Assembly (NCBI GenBank): GCA_964532495.1
Contig: CAZHJZ010000002.1
Coordinates: 79,501 to 143,500 of the forward strand
Source of the DNA: an uncultured Candidatus Saccharibacteria bacterium
Lineage (GTDB): Bacteria > Patescibacteriota > Minisyncoccia > Phycocordibacterales > UBA9973
Reading direction: 5' to 3'
DNA: 64,000 nucleotides
Shown: positions 49,649-57,613 of the stretch, in pieces
Numbering within the stretch: position 1 is the stretch's first letter
How the letters are laid out: the number at the start of each line of letters is the position of its first letter
Notes under the pieces: model-generated
Told to the model about the DNA's origin: nothing
Database searches by the model: none
The model's input: the letters and a program-made list of their open reading frames with translations, nothing else
Position numbers and translations under genes: made by a program

Positions 49649-50017
49649 TTATTTCTTAGGCTTTTTTGCTTTATTCTCTTTTACCCGATATGTAACTATT
49701 TTTCGGATAAGAGGAAGCGGGAGCGGCTCAGTATGCTGAAATTGAACTGTGCCTTTTGAGGTCTTGTAGCTGCTTAGTTCCTTTTGGAAAACCACACCAG
49801 TCTGAGGCAATGCGTAGAGACCGATATGATTTTTGAAGCCCGCAAAATATACGAGCGGACCATGTAACTTGTATGAGGGCATTCCATAGCTGATACCCTC
49901 ATCTGCTTGAGGAGCTAGTTTCTGTACGATCTTTCTAATTGCAGTAAGACGTTCAGCAATGTCCTTTGGGAACATTTTGATGTAGCCCTCTACTGTTTTT
50001 GTTTGAAGCATTTTCAT
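49649..50017 (-). CDS. DUF1801 (YdhG-like) domain protein
   Basis: MKMLQTKTVEGYIKMFPKDIAERL... is typical of DUF1801. The long upstream ORF extension overlaps the ABC-F gene and is rejected. Confidence 0.55.
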   Translation of the reverse strand: MKMLQTKTVEGYIKMFPKDIAERLTAIRKIVQKLAPQADEGISYGMPSYKLHGPLVYFAGFKNHIGLYALPQTGVVFQKELSSYKTSKGTVQFQHTEPLPLPLIRKIVTYRVKENKAKKPKK

Positions 50018-50036
50018 GCGTATATTGTAGCAAAAC

Positions 50037-51509
50037 CTATTTCTCCAAGTCGAATGTGTCGTCGATACGGATCTGCTCCACAAACTCTGGAACGTGAGAA
50101 ACAATAACCATGGCGCCTTGATACTGGTCGAGAGCTTTAGCAATGATCGGCAAATGGCGGAAGTTAATATGGTTAGTCGGCTCGTCGAGAATGAGCAAGC
50201 CTGGCTTTTGGAGTACAAGCCCTGCAAATGCCACCAATCCCTTTTGTCCTTCAGAGAGATTACCAATGCGTGTTTTAATAAGTTCAGAGGTAATAAGGAA
50301 TCCTGCAGCAACGCCGCGAAGGTATTCTTCGTTCACCTTTGCTCCGGATTGCTCCATAGCTTTTGCCAATGACTGATAGACAGTGTCGTTAAAATCAAGA
50401 GTAGAAAAATCCTGACGGTAGTAACCAACGTTTGTTCCGGGAGTAATGATGGCTCCTTCGGACTTGCCGCTCGCCAGTGTTTCAAGGAGTGTGGATTTGC
50501 CGATGCCGTTTGGGCCCTTCAAAAGCAAGTGCTGGTTTTTCTTGAGGGTAATGTTTGCCTTCTGTTCCACGATCTTGCCATTTTTCATGCGAGTGAATGA
50601 ACTGATCTTGAGGATCTCGCCGTTAATGTCTGCAGGAGTCTGGATCGTAAACGGACGAATAGTCTTGTCCTCTTTGCGCACATCAACCATTTCTTCTTCA
50701 AGCTCTTCTGCAAGTTCCTTCATGCGTTTTGCGACGAGACGCAAACGTCCTCCTTTGTGAGCGAACTCATTGGACTTGTCTTTTTTTGCCTGAATCTGTT
50801 TTGCGAGCTGGGCGTTCTTTGCATTTTCTTTTTCTACGCGGGCAGTGATCTGCTTGACCACGTCAAAGTAGTTACCGACATAGTTTTCAATCTTTCGAGT
50901 GTACACATCGAGATATACGACACCTTCGGTAAATGAATTCAAGAATTCTGCATCGTGAGAAATGACCATAACGGTTTTTGTATAGTTTTTCAAAAATTCA
51001 GTAAGGTGGGCAATGCCAGCTTTGTCGAGGTTGTTTGTCGGCTCATCGAGCAAAAGCAAGTCTGGATCTTGTATGAGCGCAGATGCCAAAAGAAGACGTG
51101 CCTGCTGTCCGCCAGAGAATGTGCGAATGACGCGGTCGTGCACTTTCTCGTGTCCAACAAGATGCACCACTTCCAAGATCTCATCGATCTTCACATCGAT
51201 ATCGTAAATCTTTTTTGAGAAGCATTTCTGAAAGAAGTCTCGCACGCTGAGATCGAGCTCATCGCGAGGAATCACCTGGCGGGAAGTTGCAATAGTTACG
51301 CCGTTAACGACGTTGATCATTCCTTCTTCAGGCTTGTATTTGCCTGCGATCAAGCCAAAAATAGTGCTTTTGCCGGCACCATTTTGTCCCATGAGCGTGA
51401 GTTTTGCGCCCTTGCGAATTAAAAAATCAACCTCTTCGAGGATGGGTTTATTTTCGTTATATTCAAATGTGACCTTGTCGAATCTGACGATCGCTTCTTC
51501 TTTTGCCAT
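50037..51509 (-). CDS. ABC-F family ATPase (tandem ABC domains, no TM; translation-factor type)
   Basis: Two Walker A motifs (GQNGAGKST; GPNGIGKST), two signature motifs (LSGGQQARL; LSEGQKGLV) and an inter-domain linker. Confidence 0.85.
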   Translation of the reverse strand: MAKEEAIVRFDKVTFEYNENKPILEEVDFLIRKGAKLTLMGQNGAGKSTIFGLIAGKYKPEEGMINVVNGVTIATSRQVIPRDELDLSVRDFFQKCFSKKIYDIDVKIDEILEVVHLVGHEKVHDRVIRTFSGGQQARLLLASALIQDPDLLLLDEPTNNLDKAGIAHLTEFLKNYTKTVMVISHDAEFLNSFTEGVVYLDVYTRKIENYVGNYFDVVKQITARVEKENAKNAQLAKQIQAKKDKSNEFAHKGGRLRLVAKRMKELAEELEEEMVDVRKEDKTIRPFTIQTPADINGEILKISSFTRMKNGKIVEQKANITLKKNQHLLLKGPNGIGKSTLLETLASGKSEGAIITPGTNVGYYRQDFSTLDFNDTVYQSLAKAMEQSGAKVNEEYLRGVAAGFLITSELIKTRIGNLSEGQKGLVAFAGLVLQKPGLLILDEPTNHINFRHLPIIAKALDQYQGAMVIVSHVPEFVEQIRIDDTFDLEK

Positions 51510-51810
51510 GTTGTGGAGTTACTATAGCACATAATTTCAATTTTTCAGCTCTTGTCAGGCGTTTCAGTTCCCCTTCGCGCCTACGGACGTCAGCATACGT
51601 TTTGTGCTTTTCCGAATATCGCAAGAAAACTGGGCGCCGGATCTTGGTGTAATGCGCTCCGGATTTGAGATTATTATGGGAGTGCAGGCGCTTTTCAAGG
51701 TCGTTAGTGGAGCCGACATAGAGAGTTTTGTCAGCACATTCGAGAATGTACGCAAAATACTTCACAGAAGTTTTTACGATTGGACGTTTTCTTACAGCTC
51801 CTTTTGCCAT
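51463..51810 (-). CDS. GIY-YIG nuclease family protein
   Basis: YFAYILECADKTLYVGSTNDLEKRLHSH matches the GIY-YIG core. Its 3' end overlaps the ABC-F start by 47 nt. Confidence 0.7.
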   Translation of the reverse strand: MAKGAVRKRPIVKTSVKYFAYILECADKTLYVGSTNDLEKRLHSHNNLKSGAHYTKIRRPVFLRYSEKHKTYADVRRREGELKRLTRAEKLKLCAIVTPQHGKRRSDRQIRQGHI

Positions 51811-51861
51811 AGTTCAAGTATATACTATACTTAAAGAATTACAGGAATAGTTTTTAAACAT

Positions 51862-51996
51862 ATGGAAGAAGAAAAAGTAATCATGTGCCCGAAGTGCAAA
51901 ATCCCGATGGAAAACGGCGTCTGCCCTGTTTGCGACATGCGAGCAATCGATATCGAAGACGAGGATGAGTACAACGACCGACGGGAGCGAAGATAA
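51862..51996 (+). CDS. small zinc-ribbon protein (44 aa)
   Basis: MEEEKVIMCPKCKIPMENGVCPVCDMRAID... (CxxC-x8-CxxC); followed by a strong terminator. Confidence 0.35.
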   Translation: MEEEKVIMCPKCKIPMENGVCPVCDMRAIDIEDEDEYNDRRERR

Positions 51997-52002
51997 TCAA
52001 TA

Positions 52003-52037
52003 CAAAAGGCCGGCGCGCGAAGCGCGCCGGCCTTTTG
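52003..52037. terminator. bidirectional terminator, 11-bp GC stem GGCCGGCGCGC/GCGCGCCGGCC
   Basis: Perfect palindrome flanked by A-run and T-run. Confidence 0.7.
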
Positions 52038-52045
52038 CTTAGAAA

Positions 52046-52651
52046 TTATTTCTTCTTCTTAGCTACTACTTTCTTCGCAGCAACTTTCTTTACTTCTTTC
52101 TTTGCTGGAGCAGCAGCCTTCTTGTCTGCCTTCTTTTCTTCAACTTTCTTTCCGAATGAAGGAGCTGGAACTGGAGCTGAAACTTTTTCCTTAACAGATT
52201 CTGCTGGAGCAGCTGGTCGGCCAGATGCGCGAACCATATCCATCAAGCGATCAAGCTTTGAGTTTGCCATATCGAGCTGACGAACCAAATTGTCGATACG
52301 CTTGTCTTCTCCGGCTGGAGCTGGCTTCTGATATGGAGCAGCTGGACGATCGTTAGTGAATTCACGTCGTGGAGCAAAATCTCGTCCGCCACCGCGTTCT
52401 TCACGAGGATTGTTCCCTTCTTTCATAGCACCGAAACAGTCGCTGCAGTATACTGGCTTTTCGCCATTTGGACGAAATGGAACTTCACATGTCTTTCCGC
52501 AGTTTGCGCAAGTTGCCTTGTGCATCTGAGGAGCACGGTCGCCGCCACGATCTCCGCCACGATTATCTCTGTTTTCCCATGGCTTCTTGTTAAAGCTAGG
52601 TCGTCCTCCAAATCCTCCACCACGATTTCCTCGGTCATCAAATTTTCCCAT
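52046..52651 (-). CDS. RGG-rich zinc-ribbon protein with histone-H1-like Lys/Ala/Pro-rich C-terminal tail (putative nucleic-acid-binding protein)
   Basis: N-terminal RGG/RGGD repeats, CANCGKTC...YCSDC zinc ribbon, C-terminal KKAAAPAKKEVKKVAAKK repeats. Confidence 0.6.
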   Translation of the reverse strand: MGKFDDRGNRGGGFGGRPSFNKKPWENRDNRGGDRGGDRAPQMHKATCANCGKTCEVPFRPNGEKPVYCSDCFGAMKEGNNPREERGGGRDFAPRREFTNDRPAAPYQKPAPAGEDKRIDNLVRQLDMANSKLDRLMDMVRASGRPAAPAESVKEKVSAPVPAPSFGKKVEEKKADKKAAAPAKKEVKKVAAKKVVAKKKK

Positions 52652-52824
52652 AAAACTCTTGTATTAGTTGATTAATTGCTTCTTGTACCGAAGATACTAC
52701 GCTATTCTTGACAAAATTGCAAGTTCTGGGATAAAAAGTACTCTTTCACTAGGCAAATATACATTATGTTGAAAACATTATATAGTACCTTGCATAACAT
52801 AGTACTATGTGCAATAATTGAATT

Positions 52825-53157
52825 ATGGAAAAAAGCACTACAGACGAAGCACATGCTCAAATGCGCAAAGGAATGATAGAGTTCTGCGCAATGCTCATTA
52901 TAGAGCGAGGTAAGGCATATACTTCGGATATATTAAAAGAATTAAAAGCGGCAGACCTTCTGGTCGTCGAAGGGACGCTCTACCCTCTTCTCTCGCGGCT
53001 TAAATCACAAGAATTGCTAGAATATGCTTGGGAAGAATCAAAAACGGGGCCACCAAGAAAATATTACACACTTACTCCCGCGGGAAAGCTTTCACTCTCC
53101 CAGTCGAAGGAAGCCTGGAAAGAACTTTCATCCTCTATTAACTCACTTTTGAAATAA
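52825..53157 (+). CDS. PadR family transcriptional regulator
   Basis: Winged-HTH block with GTLYPLLSRLKSQELL and a C-terminal helix. Confidence 0.85.
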   Translation: MEKSTTDEAHAQMRKGMIEFCAMLIIERGKAYTSDILKELKAADLLVVEGTLYPLLSRLKSQELLEYAWEESKTGPPRKYYTLTPAGKLSLSQSKEAWKELSSSINSLLK

Positions 53158-53158
53158 C

Positions 53159-54823
53159 ATGAAAAAAACAATCAGCATCAGCATCGCCCATACACTCTTC
53201 AATATTGAAGAAGACGCATACGCAAAGCTTGAACTTTATCTACGCTCGATCAAGGAACATTTTGCTGCAAATCCAGACAATGAAGAAATTGTCGGTGATA
53301 TCGAATCACGCATCGCAGAACGCCTCTCAGAACTTCCACATAAGATAATTACGCTTGCCGACGTAGAAAGGATTACGGCAGATATGGGAACGATCAATCA
53401 GTTCGATGAGACAGAGGCACATGAAGAGAAAACACATTCTTCAAAAAAAGGACATCGCAAGCAGCTCTACCGGGATCCTGACGGTGCGGTTATCGCTGGC
53501 GTAGCATCGGGATTAAGCTATTACACCGGAGTGTCTGCTGACGTAATGCGTTTGATATTTGTTATCGCAGCATTCATTCACGGCATTGGAATTCCTGTAT
53601 ACATTGTTTTATGGTTCCTGCTCCCAGAAGCCACAACGCCCTCTCAAAAGCTTGAGATGCGCGGAGACCCTGTTACGCTTTCAAATATGAGCAGCATGGT
53701 CAAAGAAAAAATAGACAGCATCGATATGAACTCCGGCAAAAGCACGCGAAAAAAAATACTGTCAATTCCTGGCAAAGTATTGCGTGAGATAGTTAACCTC
53801 ATACAAAACGGCATCTTCCCTGCGTTTAGGGTTATCATCGGCAGCATGCTTGCCGTCAGCGGATTCGGACTTGCAGTAGGCGGAACGATACTTGCCGGCA
53901 TTCTTCTCTTTTCAGCGCCAATCGCATTCATGCCGATCGGCATGGGCGAAATGATGAACGGCACTCTCTTCTATGTTGCGCTCGCAGGTTCATATATTGC
54001 AGGATTGATTCCTTGCATCCTCATCTTCTTTTTGGGTCTTGGTCTGCTCAATAAAAAAACCTTTCTTTCAACAAAAATAATATTGGCACTCCTTGCTCTC
54101 TTCTTTGCAGGCTTAGTCGTTTCTGGAATCACCATTTCAAGACTTTCTGTCAGTATCGGCGAGCGATTGCAAACCAATCCGAACTACGCACAAACTTCTA
54201 GAGTATTGGCTCTCGATGAATTCTCTACCCTTTCAGTATCAGATGGTTTCAATGTTACCTATGTGCCGGGAACTGAATATTCTGCCACTATTTCTGGAAG
54301 AGGATATGACATAGACCATATTAGTGCACAGGTTTCAGACAAAACACTTTCAATCAAGAATGTACCGTTCGATCATCGATGCTTATTGTTCTGCTGGCAT
54401 ACTCCGCTCTCTATTACTGTTACTTCCCCGACTTTATCTGGAATTACTGTTCACGATGGGGTGTCACTCAGAGGAAGTTTGACAACGCGCGGACCGCTTT
54501 CCCTCACAAGTACTGATGGGAGCGATATTGATATGACCATCTCTGCAAATACACTGAACGCAACGCTTTCTGACGGATCGCATGTTACCCTTTCAGGTAC
54601 GATTACGACAGAAACCATCAGCGCTAAAGATGGATCGCATTTTGATGGAAAAGATTTGCAGGCATCGCAAGCAACAATCACTGCGCGTGATGGAGCAAAC
54701 ATAGAGGTCAGCGCTTCTCAAACATTGAATGTTACAGGAAGCGACGGCAGCTCGATCCAATACCAGGGTGAACCACAGATCACTAAAAATCTATCTGACG
54801 GCTCTTCCCTCCAAGCACTTTAA
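53159..54823 (+). CDS. PspC-domain membrane protein with C-terminal DUF4097/DUF2807-like beta-repeat domain
   Basis: PspC domain (DGAVIAGVASGLSYYTGVSADVMRLIFVI), several TMs, and C-terminal repeated TxSDGSxVxxSG units. Confidence 0.8.
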   Translation: MKKTISISIAHTLFNIEEDAYAKLELYLRSIKEHFAANPDNEEIVGDIESRIAERLSELPHKIITLADVERITADMGTINQFDETEAHEEKTHSSKKGHRKQLYRDPDGAVIAGVASGLSYYTGVSADVMRLIFVIAAFIHGIGIPVYIVLWFLLPEATTPSQKLEMRGDPVTLSNMSSMVKEKIDSIDMNSGKSTRKKILSIPGKVLREIVNLIQNGIFPAFRVIIGSMLAVSGFGLAVGGTILAGILLFSAPIAFMPIGMGEMMNGTLFYVALAGSYIAGLIPCILIFFLGLGLLNKKTFLSTKIILALLALFFAGLVVSGITISRLSVSIGERLQTNPNYAQTSRVLALDEFSTLSVSDGFNVTYVPGTEYSATISGRGYDIDHISAQVSDKTLSIKNVPFDHRCLLFCWHTPLSITVTSPTLSGITVHDGVSLRGSLTTRGPLSLTSTDGSDIDMTISANTLNATLSDGSHVTLSGTITTETISAKDGSHFDGKDLQASQATITARDGANIEVSASQTLNVTGSDGSSIQYQGEPQITKNLSDGSSLQAL

Positions 54824-54835
54824 AGTACTCACTAA

Positions 54836-54873
54836 TAAAAAAAACCGATACCTCAGAGTATCGGTTTTTTTTA
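54836..54873. terminator. bidirectional intrinsic terminator (CCGATAC/GTATCGG, A8/T8)
   Basis: Read directly from the sequence. Confidence 0.65.
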
Positions 54874-54910
54874 TTAGTGTTCTAGAACAGATGATAACCG
54901 TCCTATATAT

Positions 54911-55030
54911 TTATTTCTTTTTTGGTGACTTTGATTTTTCGTAGTTCCAGCAAATAGTACAGCGGCTACCGATGTATTGATGTCCACGGCTGCATGTTTT
55001 TTCTTCCGATGTTTTCTTGGCTTTGCTCAT
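54911..55030 (-). CDS. possible 39-aa Cys-containing micro-protein (MSKAKKTSEEKTCSRGHQYIGSRCTICWNYEKSKSPKKK)
   Basis: Short ORF between a terminator and the next gene; CxxGHxY...CxxC pattern. Low confidence. Confidence 0.2.
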   Translation of the reverse strand: MSKAKKTSEEKTCSRGHQYIGSRCTICWNYEKSKSPKKK

Positions 55031-55037
55031 TGAGAGA

Positions 55038-57548
55038 TTATTGCGTTGCGATATATGAGCGAGTAACTGGTCCAAAGTATCCTATTGCAGGCTGTATGCC
55101 ATGAGCTTTCTGATATGCGGCAAGCGCTGCCTGCGTCTTTCTGCCAAATCGAGTGACTTCTTTTCCAAGTGATCCATCTCCGGAAAGCGCAATCGGATAG
55201 CCATGCGTATTCAAGAATACTTGCAGACGCTGCACATCTTCGTTATCCGAACCAAGCGTCAATGATCGAGAGAATATGAATGAAGATTGTACTGGAACGG
55301 AGATTGCAGAAGTTTCAGTAGCGCATTTCTGTCCCGTAATCGGCGAGTACTGAATAGTAGCGTTGCATCCAAGTGAAATTGTGGTAAGCGGCGCAATGCT
55401 AACTGGAGCTTTTGCTGTATTAAGAGCCACAGGAACCAAGCCGCCTCCTGTTCCAGAACTTACGATCGTCTGAGGAGTTTGGCAATCAGCGCTCATTCCT
55501 CCATCGACTATTGTCCAATGATAGGTTGTAGCCAGGCTGAAACGAGCAGGTGTGGCAGCACAGTATATACTGTTGCCTCCATCAAATGGGACGTTGGATC
55601 GTACATTTTGCGCTGCCCAAGAAGTCAGCATCGAATCATAGTTCGCCTTCGAAAGGGTTACATTGGTAAACAAATCAGTCATATTAGTTACATGACTAAT
55701 ATCCCAAGTTCCTAAATTCTGATCGAAACCAGTAGCTAAGTAGAATGCACTATCTAAATTGACTAAATTATGTGTGTCCCATCCGCTGATGTCTTGGTTG
55801 AATGCTGTATCGTATGCAAACATTGCATACATGTCAGTTGCAGCGCTTACATCCCATCCGCTGATGTCTTGATTGAAGCTTGTGCCTTGAAAGGCGTTCC
55901 CAAAATAAGTTACATGACTAACATCCCAATTATCCAAAGGCTGATTGAAAAGCTCAGCACCCATAAACAAAGTTCCCATTCCAATGACACTTGAAGTGTC
56001 CCAATTATTGAGGGGCTGGTTGAAAGCGTTCGCTTCATAAAACATTCCACCCATTCCGGTAACATGTGACACATCCCATGAATTGAGCGGCTGGTTGAAT
56101 GCATTTGTGCTCATAAACATTGAAGACATATTCGTCACATTGGCAGTATTCCAGTTGCTTATGTTTTGGTTGAATACGGAAGCTCCCATAAACATGCCAT
56201 CAAAACTTGTCGCACTTGATACATCCCAGTTATTGAGCGGCTGGTTGAATGCAGCTGCACCGGTAAACATCGAATCAAATCGAGTAACATGAGAGACATC
56301 CCAAGAGTTGAGCGGCTGGTTGAATGCGGCATCAGCGTAAAACAAACCAATCATATTAGTCACATTTGAAGTGTCCCACGATGAAATGTCTCCATTGAAT
56401 GCTGTTCCTTGAAAAACCCCGATCATTGAAATGATAGATCCAGTATCCCAACCGCTCAGATCTTCGGTAGTGACTCCGCTGTCTCGAAGCATATATGTCA
56501 TATCTGTGACGCCGGAAAGGTCGGGAGCATCAGTGGCGGTAATTGCAAGATTGGTACATCCAAAAAATGCACCAGCCATATTTTCCCATGCTATCGTGCC
56601 CCATTGATCAACTGAGAGTATTTTATTTTTATCACCAGCATATGCAAACGTTATCGCTGGAAAAACACCAGAAATTGATACTGTGTATGTACCGGGCGTC
56701 ACATAGGTATGTGTAATTGCCCCTGTAACACCAGTATCTGTATTTGAATCTCCCCAATCAACATTGTAGTTATACGTAAGACCATTTGTTGTTGGAATAG
56801 TGATCTGATTGCTGCTGGATACTCCAGGATTGTCTGTTTTCCAAGTAGTAATAAATTCTGTTGCAGGAGCATCAAGGTCCGTAATTACAATCTCATCAAC
56901 ATAGTCACGATCAACTGCAGCTCCATATCCAGCTGTGTATTGAACAAGACCAGATGGGTAGGTCGCATCTGTTGCAGAACCAAGCAGCGTATAGGTAACG
57001 CCGTCATCTGAATAGTAAAAACTCAATGAAGTGCCAATTGCGGTTGCCTTAAACCAGCGCGGCTGTGATTTCGGCAAACTACCACTCCACAGCGGAGTGT
57101 ATGTTCCTGAAGAAACTCGCCATATATACACGTTGCTTGAGTCATAGACATGGAATAGATACCCCATTCGAGCACCGGCTGAGTTTGCGACACTTGTATC
57201 TGTTGCCTGAGCGCGCAGGGTAAATCCCCCACGACCGAGATCATTTGAATATGCCTGTTTCCATATTACTGATTGATCAGCTGAACCAGCAAAGTTATCA
57301 AATAATATTCCAGCAATAACGCCAGTTTGCGTAACTGCTCGCAATGAATTACCCAATGTTGGTTCATTTTGAACGTCGAAAGTTCCGGCAGTTACTGTTG
57401 TATTTGCGGGAACTTGCCCGATAGTATCAGCCTCAAAATTATATGTAGACGCAGCGTATGTATGCGACGGAATAAACAAAAAAGAAAGTACGAACAGTAA
57501 AAAAAGTATGCCGGCAAAAGATCTGCCTTTGAGATATAGAATAGTCAC
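55038..57548 (-). CDS. secreted DUF285 (BspA-like/Mycoplasma-type) repeat protein with C-terminal PG_binding_1 peptidoglycan-binding domain
   Basis: Signal peptide. ~12 tandem repeats of the FNQPLNxWDVSxVTxMxxMF type. C-terminal DVQRLQVFLNTHGY...AALAAYQKAHGIQP matches PG_binding_1. Confidence 0.75.
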   Translation of the reverse strand: MTILYLKGRSFAGILFLLFVLSFLFIPSHTYAASTYNFEADTIGQVPANTTVTAGTFDVQNEPTLGNSLRAVTQTGVIAGILFDNFAGSADQSVIWKQAYSNDLGRGGFTLRAQATDTSVANSAGARMGYLFHVYDSSNVYIWRVSSGTYTPLWSGSLPKSQPRWFKATAIGTSLSFYYSDDGVTYTLLGSATDATYPSGLVQYTAGYGAAVDRDYVDEIVITDLDAPATEFITTWKTDNPGVSSSNQITIPTTNGLTYNYNVDWGDSNTDTGVTGAITHTYVTPGTYTVSISGVFPAITFAYAGDKNKILSVDQWGTIAWENMAGAFFGCTNLAITATDAPDLSGVTDMTYMLRDSGVTTEDLSGWDTGSIISMIGVFQGTAFNGDISSWDTSNVTNMIGLFYADAAFNQPLNSWDVSHVTRFDSMFTGAAAFNQPLNNWDVSSATSFDGMFMGASVFNQNISNWNTANVTNMSSMFMSTNAFNQPLNSWDVSHVTGMGGMFYEANAFNQPLNNWDTSSVIGMGTLFMGAELFNQPLDNWDVSHVTYFGNAFQGTSFNQDISGWDVSAATDMYAMFAYDTAFNQDISGWDTHNLVNLDSAFYLATGFDQNLGTWDISHVTNMTDLFTNVTLSKANYDSMLTSWAAQNVRSNVPFDGGNSIYCAATPARFSLATTYHWTIVDGGMSADCQTPQTIVSSGTGGGLVPVALNTAKAPVSIAPLTTISLGCNATIQYSPITGQKCATETSAISVPVQSSFIFSRSLTLGSDNEDVQRLQVFLNTHGYPIALSGDGSLGKEVTRFGRKTQAALAAYQKAHGIQPAIGYFGPVTRSYIATQ

Positions 57549-57613
57549 ACAGACATCATATCAAACCCACCATCATCGAACCAGCCAAAAACAGTAAAAT
57601 CTGTGCAAAAACA

